Shown here one piece after another: positions 10,342 through 21,248 of a stretch of 64,000 nt of DNA. The notes beneath the pieces were generated by a model. It was not told the DNA's origin and ran no database searches. It was given only the letters and a program-made list of their open reading frames with translations. Within the stretch, counting starts at the first letter, position 1, and each line of letters opens with the position of its first letter. The DNA is taken from positions 480,127-544,126 of the forward strand of contig NW_005434670.1 in the NCBI RefSeq assembly GCF_000315625.1, given 5' to 3'. The position numbers and the translations under genes were made by a program. This DNA is from Guillardia theta CCMP2712 (taxonomy: Eukaryota > Protista > Cryptophyta).

Positions 10342-11640
10342 TCAAGGACTACTGCATCCTGTCTGAAAAACTGTCACATTAGGCAAGTCCAAGCAGTTGA
10401 CCATGTAGTTGTAAGAAATCTCCAGCGTCTGTAGCTGACCCAGGTTTTGGAACTGACTGGACGAAATTTCTTCCAGATTATTTGATTCCAAGTAGATGGT
10501 TTTCAGATTATCAAGTCCGGAGAATACATCAGGCTCGAGGACGATGAGACTGTTTTGATCCTGAAAGGAACAAGAAGTCATGACAATCTTCTCCGCAATC
10601 AGAACTGATCTCACCAAGTAGACGCCTTCGAGGCTTGTGAGGTTGTTGAAGAGGCCCGGGGGGAGGTACCGCATCTTGTTGCCCTGTGCGGGTGTCAGCA
10701 TCAGCGGGGAGGTGGCAGAGGACACCTGGAGATAGAGCTGCTTCAGGTACGGGAGGTTGCTGAAAGCCGTAGCTGAAATGCTGGCCAGGTAGTTGCCGAA
10801 CAGATCCAAACGCTCCAAGAATCTCATCTTGCTGAAGACCGAGGGGCCGAGTTTTGCGAGGTACCTGTTGGAGAGATCGAGGTATGTGCAGTAGCAGAAT
10901 TTCTCCCCACCCAGCGTCTCCTGGTAATCGGCTGCACCCACATCGACGTGAAGCCCGCTGTCGTTGTATTGGAAGTACAGGGAGCAGTTGCCGCAGACCC
11001 CGATCTTCTCCCTCGTTGACACGATCTTCGCGCAGTTGTCTGGGGCGAGGCATCGGAAACATTCCCCACTGATCTTGGTGTATCCGGTGATGCAACTGCA
11101 GTTGTTGGGCGAGATGCTCGCTTTCTCAGAGTCTGAGAATAGTGGACAGTCTCTACACCTGGCCGTCCCGACCTCAGACTTGTAGGTTCCCTTGGGACAT
11201 GGCAAGCAGGCAGCTGCATCTCCGTAATTGCCCTGATCGCACAAGCACGTACTTCCATTCACTCCATTCACTAAGACAGCCCCGAACCGACACTGCGAGC
11301 TGCTACGGCGAACCCTGCCAGCACAAGAACATGATCAGCGTTGTGAGCTGGGTGAGAGCTCAAGCTCCAATCGACGAGGGAAAGAAACAACACAAGAGGG
11401 TGAGGAGATGGTCACTGAGATGAAAGCCGAGTGAAGGAGGGAGAGGGAGAGGGAGAGGGAGAGTGCGAGGACTGCCAGGACTCTTCAAAATCTTCGGATG
11501 AGGATGGGCAACCCGGCGAAGAGGAAGAGAAAGAGGAGGACTGAGGAGGAGAGGACGAGCAGGAGTGGAAGAGGAGCGTGCTTCTCTCACTCACAAGCAT
11601 AGGATCATCAACAGCTGCATGGCGACCGATGCGAACCATC
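10342..11640 (-). CDS. Extracellular protein with Cys-rich (GCC2/GCC3, ephrin-receptor-like) module and leucine-rich repeats
   Basis: CLPCPKGTYKSEVGTARCRDCP..CSCITGY motif. LRRs YLDLSNRYL, LERLDLFGNYLASISATAFSNLPYLKQLYLQ|GN, LKTIYLESNNLEEI. Introns 10684-10725 and 10561-10614. 5-prime exons uncertain. Confidence 0.85.
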
Positions 11641-11810
11641 GCAGGCCTGCCATGACGGCTGTCCAGTGAGCCCCGAGAGTTTGACAATAGATGCGTGCTA
11701 TTTGACAATAAAGGAACAATTATTGACTACAACACTTCAATGTAGCGTTCGCCCTCATAAAGGATTTCATCACCATTACGATCCTCCCCTGCCTTCTCTT
11801 CTTCCTCTAC

Positions 11811-12993
11811 ATGAGCGCCGGCTGCTCGAGCTTAGCGGAAGGTTCGCTTCTGTTGCTGGAGCATGTGAACTTGAATGTTGCGAGCTCCTCCCACGCGAGG
11901 TCTTTCTACATAAGGGGACTCGGATGCTGCGAGGACCCGTTCCGTGCTGCCAAATGCAAATCTCTGCATTGCAATGTCGGCGCTCATTGTCAGTTTCACA
12001 CGGCTGGGCCTGAGCATGAGAGTTACATCGCCGAGGAGGGGTCGCAGATATGGCGGGGACACCTTGTTCTTGTCTACAAGACGAACAAAGAGGTTATTCA
12101 AGCTGCAAACCGGTTGAGAGATCTAGCGTCCACGGACTTGAAGGGAACAGCCATGACCGTCGAAGATGAAGATGGCGTCCTGCGCGTTACGTGTCCCTTT
12201 GGAAACAAATTTATTCTCAGAGAAGCGACAAGACATGTAGGTGAACACGATCCTGGAGCCGGAGGTTGACTGTTACCCTCCCTTCTAGGAGGCCGAGGGC
12301 TTGGACGAGAAGAACGGGAGGAGGAAAGGTTCGGAGGGATCGGAGCCTCTTGGGATCGCATCAGTCGTGCTCCCCTGTCCTGATGGAGCGGCAAAGGTGG
12401 AGGAGTGGAGTCGGTTGCTGTCGCCCTGACTTGCTATGACAGGAGGTTGCGGACTTCTACAAGTCCTACCTCAACATGAAGACAAGAGTGGAAGGACGGA
12501 AAGCCATCATCGAAGGAGGACTTGCAGGTTGCCAGGTGAGTACGTGCATGAACTTGTGGCTGCAGCTTCTCAGCGGGTGGGGGTTGACCTGCTTTGATGT
12601 CAGACCATGGAGTATCATGAAACGCAGGAGATGCCGGCGTACACAGGAGATCACATGTGTATGTACATCTCAGACTTCGAGAGGTGAGGATGGTTGGGAG
12701 ATGCAGGCGTTTGACCAATGAAAGTTAGCGTGTTCAACAAGTGTCTTGATGCTGGACTCGTGTGGGTGAACCCAAGGTTCGTGCACCTGGACGAGACGCG
12801 ATCATGGGAGGACGCGGTAGGTCGACCTCAGTAAAGATTCTGGCTGATTATGAGGACGCAGCTCAAGTACAAGCAATTCCGCTTCAAAAGTATCCTCGGG
12901 CAGGATGGGAGAGTGATCATGGAGCAGGAGCATGAGGTTCGCATGGTAGAGCATCCAAGTTTTCCGCTTGGCACATGTGCGGAGAAGCCTTGA
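11811..12993 (+). CDS. VOC/glyoxalase-like fold protein (multi-exon)
   Basis: LLEHVNLNV....ARSFYIRGLG, CQFH and VTCPFGNKFIL motifs; C-terminal exon KQFRFKSIL...EQEHEVRMVEHPSFPL, TGA 12991-12993. Confidence 0.7.
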
Positions 12994-13299
12994 AGCTATC
13001 AGCATATGGCGCGAACATGACTGCCAAAGCTGAGTTTGATCGAAATGACAATATGAGTGATAGATGTTGCCAATGGATGTCGATCAATTTTCAAAAATAT
13101 TATGCGAATGTTTGCCCGTACTTTCTGATGACACACACTTGCTACTACATGTTCGCTCGACGCTTCAACTTCACTTCGCTTGAGAGCATCCTAGACGTAA
13201 TCCGGGTCTCATCGTAGTCACCTTGACCGTCAGCAGCTGAACGAGGGATGCCGAAAGGAACAGGGGCGCGAGCGAGGGAGTTGTAGCAAGGTCTTTCCT

Positions 13300-14666
13300 T
13301 CACCTTACAGCTTTGAGGACCCAAATGTTAAAGAGCAGCGTAGAGTTTGGAGGGACCTGCCAGCCTTTCAGCCAAGTCGGTCGGCCAGCCACAATTTCTC
13401 GAACCTCTCTGATGAAACCTCGTCGTTTCGGCGATCCCTGTTCGCCGTAGCCGAGCTCCGGAGGGACGATAAAGCTTTTGCGCTCTCCGATCTTTGAATA
13501 TGAGAGTCATCCAGCAGAGCTCTCCCATCCTATCTTACCCGCATGCCCTTGAGACCTTCCCTGAGTCCTGCAGTTGAGGCCGTCAACCTTGATGGGCATC
13601 TCAGCAGATAGTTCACCAGGGATGAGTGTCGACTTGTCCACGTTCACCAAGACAGAATCAAGCTGACATGCCGAGAGCGTCACCATTCTCGCAAGAGAGA
13701 GCTCTGCCCAGACCTGAAACAATCGCGGGTCTCTGTTGCTGACGTCATAGTACTTGCTGGACTTGCTTTGCGGATCAAGGTAATCTTTGATCTGCTGCTC
13801 GGTCGCTGCTCCTAGGATGTAGCTGCAATCGTTCAATAGGGAGCACTCGAGCTGCCCGTTTATCTCACCCAGCACAGATGATCTGGATGTTGCTAGTCCC
13901 CTGAGCTTCGGTGGGGAAAGGAGCCTGAGTAACTACCTCCTTCATCTCTGACGCATCCACAACAGGCTTCTCAGCTTGTCAGCAGGTCGAGGGCAAGCGC
14001 AGACCTTCAAGGGGTGGGAGAGGCTTCACTTTGAGGCCTGACGGAGTCGACGTATACCCATCGACAGTCGGAGGGAAGTCGTACCTGAGAGCACGGGCGT
14101 TAGACCAGTGACGACCCTTGAAACCCATCTGACTCTGGCTCACCACTTGTCCGTAGTCTGCTGCATGCAGGGCTCTGGTGGGAAGCAACTCAGCCTGGGG
14201 AGCCACACGTCGCCTGCCTGAGGTGAAGCATGTCTGTCAGACAGAGTCCCCTCGACCTACCGCTACCTTGATCCTTGCTAGAGTGTCCTTCCTCTTCGAC
14301 GTCCCAGTCACTATCTCAGTGATTCCAGCGTGCGCGACCTGAGGGAAACCTTCAGGACCTTTGGAGACACGATGCGATGATGTGAGGATACATCTGGAGA
14401 TAGAGAGTAGATTATGCTCGCTCCAAGCAGCGTGCTGAGAGCTCGCCGGGACATCCGATCGCTCTTATCTCCCTCCATCTGCATATTCCACTTTCGCACA
14501 TGGGCCTGTATGCAGATTTCACTAGACACGTGGGAAGATCGCATGACCAGAGCAGTACCGTCCTGACTCCTGATGAGAAAGAAGGACGAGACAAGAGCTG
14601 CGCAAAGCCTGTGGCGCCCGGGGCTCTCGCCACCAGCACCAGCGCCAGCAGCAAGACGGCCTTCAT
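13300..14666 (-). CDS. FKBP-type peptidyl-prolyl isomerase, plastid thylakoid-lumen targeted
   Basis: Spliced TSTPSGLK ... LIP|GLREGLKGMR|IGERKSFIVPPELGYGE ... VPPNSTLLFNIWVL. N-terminus MKAVLLLALVLVARAPGATG-F (signal peptide, +1 Phe), then SRRALSTLLGASII (twin-Arg). Confidence 0.88.
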
Positions 14667-15089
14667 GCTCCAACCTGCGCATCCAGCGTGACTCAAACTC
14701 AACGTTCCATTGAGCCCTTGGGACCTCTACCTCCTACCGCGTGTGACACGTACGCCCTCAACTCTGACACGTGCACTTGTCTACTTTTCCTCTGCGGCTT
14801 GTAAAAATTGACAGCAAAACATCCTGATCCTCCACGCGATGGTCCCACGATCTTCGCTTCATCCGTGGACATCTTCTCTGCTCCTGCCCCTGCTGATACA
14901 CCTCATCCTGCTCCTGCTCCTTCTCTGATGCAACTGCTCCTGCTCCTAAAAGTGCCTTCTGCTCCTGTTGCTTGCCCTGCCCCTGTCCCTGTCCCTGTCC
15001 CTGTCGTTCATCGATATATCCTACTTGCATTTTCAGTCGGCGGCCACTGTTTGTGGTTGGGTGGGTGGGGGGATGAGGGAGGACATGGA

Positions 15090-15560
15090 AGCGGTGGCCG
15101 GGCCCCGGGCCGGGCCCCCGCCTCAGCCTGCTGCCGCCGATTATAACCTATCGGGCCGGGGCACTAGTACGAAGAGTACGGTAGGCTATCAGGAAGTGAC
15201 CGTCGGACGGCGGCCGGCCCGCCGAGCGGCTCACCCCGCGCCCCCCCCGGCGGGGCCCGGCGGCCGGTCACCGGATGATGATGATGATCAGGACCGGCCG
15301 CGGATCATGTCTATGTTAGGGGGCCACAGTCTGAGTGGCACTGCGGCAAGCCTGGCAGTGGCAACATCCAGAAGCTTCTACGTTGTCGCCACGCAACAAC
15401 TTGGCAAATCCACCATCAACTTCGGCGGCTCCGAGGTGCGGCAGTGGCAGCCTGGGTTCTGAGTCCAAGTGCCGCTGAGGGCTGAATCCAGGCAGCCTGA
15501 TGGCCACCAACGGGGGCACCGCGGCGGTTGGCCAACAGTCGGACCGCCTCTGAGAACCCA
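15090..15560. repeat. GC-rich palindromic intergenic block (class A)
   Basis: Dense CCGG/GGCC/GGGCCC palindromes. Similar blocks at about 16940-17200, 18740-19450, 20890-21220, 31540-31790, 39290-39570, 42040-42320, 52960-53400 and 53800-54070. Confidence 0.6.
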
Positions 15561-15735
15561 GCGCAGTGGATCGATTTCCGTGTCTTGTATTCGTGTTTCT
15601 ACTGCCTTTAGTCTACTCTAACCAAGTTTGTTCTTCTCCGTCTTTCTTGAGAGACGTGAGCCGTTGCATAGATCCAGCTGTTGACGGGAGAGTCTTGAAG
15701 TTCCTCGTGGAGCAGACCAATCAGACCTCTTCTAT

Positions 15736-16527
15736 TCAGATGGTCCAGACAACAGTCCCACCGAATATGCCTCCAGGGCTGTACGACAGTGCCTTGACAA
15801 AATCGCTCCAGATCGCAGAGTTCTGCCCAGCCTCCATGTGAGCTGCGCAACCCGCATCACCGCGATATATCTCGACCAGGGAGTAGACCTTGCTCCCGGT
15901 CTTGCCCTCCTCCGGATTGACAGGATTCACCAGCTCCTCTGTCTTGCTCCATGCGAAGTAAAGGAGACGAGGTTCTGTATCACCAGTGATGTGATGGGTC
16001 TCGTTCATGAAGTTCGTGTGCTCGACTATGAACTTGTCCAGGAAGGTCTCCTCCTCATCGTTCGTCGCCCGGAAGTAGCCATGAAAGCCCATTGTGCCCT
16101 TGGTGATCGAACTGTTAATGTTCTGAATGGCAACCTCCATAGTTCCGATAACGCCTCCGAACATCAGCGCAACCTTGCAATACGCACTGATCATCTCGAC
16201 GAGCTCCTTGAACAAGTCTCCGGTCTTCTGTCCGAGCTCCATGTGCTTGGCACACCCTTCCATACTACGATAAGCTTCCACCATCGAGTACATGGTGAAT
16301 CCCGTAGTCCCCTGGCTCGGATCCAAATTGTTCACCAACTCAGGTGATCGCATCACATGGTACGAGATCACAACTGGCTCTTCAGTGCCAGAGGTTGGGT
16401 GAGTTTTTCGCATGAAAGCCTGGTGACCATCAAAGAATTTGTCTACCTTATCAGTCGCCGCATTGGGCACTCTGAACAGAACACAGAATCCCTTGCAACC
16501 AGGTTTCAGCTCCGGTACACTTTCCAT
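15736..16527 (-). CDS. 263-aa intronless protein with two tandem copies of an about 125-aa domain; probable dimeric alpha-beta barrel (ABM-like) fold with conserved His/Glu
   Basis: Both halves share G..GF...FR, DKF...H..FM..TH...G..EP, ELVN...P..G.TG...YS.VE.YR...GCA.HME.GQ. ATG at 16527 follows a polypyrimidine-AG acceptor. Fold call is inference. Confidence 0.8.
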   Translation of the reverse strand: MESVPELKPGCKGFCVLFRVPNAATDKVDKFFDGHQAFMRKTHPTSGTEEPVVISYHVMRSPELVNNLDPSQGTTGFTMYSMVEAYRSMEGCAKHMELGQKTGDLFKELVEMISAYCKVALMFGGVIGTMEVAIQNINSSITKGTMGFHGYFRATNDEEETFLDKFIVEHTNFMNETHHITGDTEPRLLYFAWSKTEELVNPVNPEEGKTGSKVYSLVEIYRGDAGCAAHMEAGQNSAIWSDFVKALSYSPGGIFGGTVVWTI

Positions 16528-16649
16528 ATCTAAGAGGAGAGGGACTTGATGTCTCAACAACAAACACGGTGGGCTGACCAGCAAGCAAAGAAGATGCTTG
16601 ATGAAGCCTGTGCTGCCTCTCACGGTGGGGACTTGCGCTGCAAGTCTTC

Positions 16650-16657
16650 CTTTTATA
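16650..16657 (-). promoter_or_regulatory. Candidate TATA box (TATAAAAG) of the tandem-domain gene
   Basis: Canonical TATAAAAG about 125 nt upstream of the ATG, with a likely 49-nt 5-prime UTR intron (GT 16578 to AG 16530) in between. Confidence 0.5.
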
Positions 16658-17304
16658 GTAGCCCATCACGACCCCTCGGATCCTCCGAAACTGGTCACTT
16701 TGAACCCCTCCGAGCTACTAGGCTAGTCACTTCAAGTTGCGACCCTCGGGGTCCGCCGAAATAGCTAAAATGAACTTTGGAAACAAAAGGGGTGCAGTAA
16801 GTTGGACTATGACAGTAACAAACATTATCCGTAAGAGTCGGAAAGACTTCTTTTCAACTGAGTGTCGGTTGCAAGCTTTCTCCTTGCATCGCTTTACTAT
16901 CAAAAATCGCGCCTCTTCACTTTCTGTTGGCTTGAGCCCGACTAGGCTGCAGTAGTACTACTGAGCGCCGCTAGGAGTAGGGGGCCGACACCGAGGGCCG
17001 CATCGTCCGTACCTGTCACCGTCCATATTTCCAGTCCGAAGGTCACGTAGTACCGCAGTACCGTAGTAGTGACTACCGTACGGTATCACTGAGTCATCGA
17101 CTCTCAGGCTCGCCAGTCACGGCGCGGCGTACTCCGACCGTACGGATGGCGGTCACTGGGTATAACTTCCTAGTTAGGCTATCTTTATTCGGAGGCCGGG
17201 AAAAAGGAAAAATTAAAAATCTGAGGTTGTCGAAGTTGCACTTTATTCGAGCATTTCAAATTTTCGAAAATTAAAAGGTTCCCGCGCACCAGGGAAGTGG
17301 CTCC

Positions 17305-17650
17305 ATGCAGGCACCAGCGGGACCAGGCAGCATGAAACCCTCACAAGCCAAGCCTTACGGGAGGCTTATTGCATGTCTTACGTTCCTTGATGTGTCAGAT
17401 GGAGGACTACGGAAAATTACAGAGTTGCATGTCTTACTTGAAGAAGCATATCCTAAGCATGTTCGTGATTTCCTCCAGCAGCATGGCAGTGAAATACCAG
17501 GTTTGACAGAGGAGTTGTTGTTGTACAAATCAAGAAATCAGCCATGGCCAGGATCCAGTATCATGGAGTTTTACCATGATACTAAAGATTTGATAAACAA
17601 CCGATACAATCCCGAATTCCTTGTGAATTGCAATCATGTGAATTGCAATA
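17305..17650 (+). pseudogene. Truncated second ORF of the Harbinger element (convergent with the transposase)
   Basis: About 110 protein-like codons (KPYGRLIACLTFLD...EFYHDTKDLINNRYNPEF) joined abruptly to the antisense of the transposase tail. Harbingers usually carry a second ORF. Confidence 0.4.
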
Positions 17651-17663
17651 CCATCATATTCCT

Positions 17664-17755
17664 CATCCTCTCTGTTTTCAACTTCAACCTGAACATCGGC
17701 GGCTTCTGCATCCTCTCTGTTTTCAACTTCAACCTGAACATCGGCGGCTTCTGCA
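17664..17755. repeat. Perfect 45-bp tandem duplication
   Basis: CATCCTCTCTGTTTTCAACTTCAACCTGAACATCGGCGGCTTCTG occurs twice. Confidence 0.95.
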
Positions 17756-20080
17756 CCATCCGACGTCTGTGCATCATGCGCAAGTATGATGTTTTGAAGA
17801 ATACAACATGTCACGAACATGTTGTCCACTTCATCCTTGTACCAAAAGTTGCACGGTATCTTCACACACCTGAAACGCATCTTCAATCTTCCAAAAAAGC
17901 ATTCCACATCCTTCCGACATGATTCCAATGCTCGAGACCACTGTCGTCTATCAATATCGACTATGTAAGGTAAAGGACATTGTAACACCCTCCAACGGTG
18001 ATAGCCTTGATCGACCATGATCCACAATCCTTTGTGAGTTTGTACACGACCTTCACCAACATACAAGACAAACTCTTCTTGCGCATAACGACCTCCCTGA
18101 TGCACGGATTGCAAGAATGAATCGTAGCGTGCAATTGTCTTGTCATGGGAATATGTACACAGTCACATGACGCGATACACCCTGGAAAACCTTTCTTGCG
18201 GTACATTTCCCTGGTTTTGAAGATTTCATCTGGCGTGGTCGGGGGGTATACATACTTGGGATACTGCTTTGCCATGTTTCGACAGAACTTGTGGAAAAAG
18301 TTACGATTGGATGCCTCACATGCCCCATTCCCTTCACGGATCATTAATTGTTGAAACTGTACCCTCCTCCTAACACACGCAGAACACCAAGAATCATGAG
18401 TTCAAGGGGCGGCATGGGCTGCCCACACACGGTGGTGGTCTGATCATCATACTCATTTCTCTTCACGAGCCAGTTTGACAATGTCAAGAAAAACAGGATA
18501 TGGCAAACGAAAGCTCAGTACGTCTGAATTCTTTGGCAGCACGTGACGATGGATCAGCAAGTGAAGGATCTTGCAGGAGCACAGCCCACCTGGATTCTGC
18601 ATAATTCCTTGGGAGCCGAGGCTGCTCCTCCACCTTTCGCTTCTTTCGAGCTCGTCACAGTGGAAGAGGTTCAGAGTCATGCAGTGCTCGAGCTTGATGA
18701 GCGGAGCCTTAGGTAAACCATCTCAGTTCTTTACGGTCTCTCCTTCCCCGGCCCGTCTGAGTCATCGAGTCAGCTGAGCGCCGGGTACCGTTCACCGGGC
18801 CTGGGGTATATGACACTGTCACAGTGATAGGCCCTCCCTCCCCGGTGAGGTACTCAGCACGCTACTGAGGCGGTCCGAACGGCGGCCGTCGATCGGATCG
18901 CTGGACCGCCGATCGGCGCCGCCGGATGATGAGGGCCCGAGGCCGCCGAACTTGCCTTAGTTTCGGTGGCAGGTGACCGTTCCGAACGGTATGGAGTCCG
19001 CCGGAACTTCGGATGCCCTCGGAGCCTTCAAGCCGGTTGCCACTGAGTTCCGTCCCCCGAGCGACCGCGGCGAACCGCCGTTCGACACTGAGGCAGGCTG
19101 CGGCAAATTAGGCTTGGCGGCAAGTTCCTGGCCTTGAGTTTCGAGTTCAGATAGGCGCACCCGGGCCGCCCGGCCGACGGCGATGCCGGATCGGACGGTG
19201 CCACTCCCCGGGCCCCGGGCCGGGCCCGCCACGGTGGTGGCGGTGACCGGCGGCCGCCGCGGGCGGCCGGGGCGTGATGGCCGGGCCCGCCGCCGGGCCC
19301 TATCTGATCGCCCGGCCCCTACTAGCCTGATCTGGGCCCTACTAGGCTGTAGATATTTTACTCAAAGCTAGTAGGCTCATGATCCGGGCTGCCAGTCACT
19401 GAGCACTGATCGGACCTCACCGGGTGGGTGTTGGTCTGCCAAACCGTGGCATTGAACTTCGGAACCCCCCCGTCTAGCTAGGATTCGCCTTACATTGACC
19501 CTACCCTGCTGACCCTACCCACCCCTGGCACCCTGGTAGCTCCCCGGAGTCCCCCAGGCGGAAAGTTCATGACCCCCTTGTTTCTTCTGGCTCAGTGTCT
19601 ACCTTGCTCCCTCGCGCAACTCATCGCGACACGCGCGTCTACTCCACCTTGCAAGCAAGAGTGCTACTGACTCACTTCGTCTCCCTCTTCTCCTCTCCTC
19701 GCTTTTTCTCATGAGAGCCTTTTCCGAGTTCGTGAAGTTATGACAAGAATATGGCATTTCAACCGATGGCAGGCGTATCAAATTCTTTTCCTCAAGCATC
19801 AAAAGCAGCTTCTCTTTACCCTCTCCATTGAATCATGAATACTCTCCTATCAAATCATGAGAAATCAGACTGAATGTGATCAGAATGCATGCTTCAATCT
19901 GAACAATAAGAGATGAATTTTAAGTGGAAGCTCGTGCGTTATGTTGTCATTTTGAATGCGACCTGTTCCATGTTTTGACATTGCTGCTGACATCTCCCTT
20001 GAAAAATCATCGATTCAATATGGCATGTCAAAACTGTGAACAATCTTGTCATTGACCTGCTTGCTTTCAGAGCCTTCAAA

Positions 20081-20634
20081 ATGTCTAAAGGAGGAACTGC
20101 ATTGCAGGTCCTGGATGAAACGTGAGTGCGAGGGAGCGCATTCCTGGTTGCCTTGCTCTGAAGCAGAGTGTACTTGTATCCAGGTGCTTCATCTGCTACT
20201 GTTGCTGCCAAGGATGCGGGTGTGCAAAATGTAGCGAGCCCAACCTCTGCACCTCAGAATCAAAGCTCCTGTGCTACAAGGCTCACTCCACGTGCGATTG
20301 CGTTGGCCCCTGTGGTCCGGAGGGATGCTACTTGTCGAGCGTCAAGTACTGCTGCTGCTACAGCCACTGCCAGTTTCCGCCCAGCCCTTGCTTCGTGGAG
20401 CTGTGCGGACTGACGTTGTGCGGCGCGAAGAAGGGAGAGAGGTTCGCTCTGTCAGGAGCCGGGAAAGTGCACACGACGGCAGGCAACTTTGGGACGGACA
20501 CGAGCATGGAGGAGATGCGGCGAGAGGCGGTTGAGGCGATACAGAGCGGCAACTACTCGAAAGCCAAGGAGCTGTCGCTTCTCTTGGAGGCAGAGGAAGC
20601 TTCGTTGAGCGCGCCCAACAGCATGTCAGCGTGA
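20081..20634 (+). CDS. 163-aa Cys-rich protein with C-terminal UVR-like helix (copy 1)
   Basis: Exon 20081-20121, intron 20122-20183 (GT-AG), exon 20184-20634. MSKGGTALQVLDETCFICYCCCQGCGC... has 21 Cys in about 80 aa, then EAIQSGNYSKAKEL. Confidence 0.8.
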
Positions 20635-21248
20635 TGCCTCCCTCTCAGGATCGCGAAGGTGTGCCGCCTGGTCTTGCCAGGGTTGGCGATCGATGGTTGC
20701 AGTTGTGACCCCCCGGAGCTTTACAGGTTGCACAGACGTCTTCAGCGGGTCATCGGTGACTCCACTGGCATCTTCCCTCTCGGCGACACTCAGTGACACA
20801 CGGCGAGGGTCACCCGTTATAATGCAATGTTCTACTTTAAGTTTCCGTTAGCGATGCCATGATGCTAAAATAAGCTGAGCGTGCAATACCGTACCGTGCC
20901 GGCGTGAACCGTTGATCGGACACTACACGTGACACTGAAGCCGCTGACTGAGCACTGAGAGGCTTGAACTCAGTTGCCACTCGCCCCACTGCCGGCTCCG
21001 AGTCGGACGGTCCCTGAACTTAGCCGGGTGATTTGATCATCCTTACATGATAGCCTCCTGTTACCCAGTGACTGACTCCGTCCGGCGGCGCCGGGCGGCC
21101 CGCCGGGCCGGGGCCGGCCGCGCCGTTCACGGTGGCAAGTTGAACCCAAGTTCGCCGTTTGATACTTTCCGCGGAGGTCGAAAGTTTAAAACTTCGAACG
21201 TGCAAAACTTCGAAAGTTCGCTGTCTGTGTCGGGACAAGGCGAGCAGA

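Larger units (their letters stand above)
17175..18540 (-). mobile_element. Decayed PIF/Harbinger-type (DDE_Tnp_4, ISL2EU-like) DNA transposon
   Basis: Frameshifted transposase pieces: FRLPYPVFLDIV (about 18480-18515), FFHKFC...GFPGCIASCDCVHIP (first D), VDQGYHRW (second D), LESCRKDVECFFGRLKMRF (E), TCCILQNIIL. Deletion after DCVHIP. Possible terminus TTA|GGCTATCTTTATTCGG near 17173; no partner TIR found. Confidence 0.85.

Noticed and set aside
17305-17922. Intact 205-aa gene
   Set aside because: The C-terminal half is the antisense of the Harbinger transposase; only the first ~110 codons may be a real fragment.
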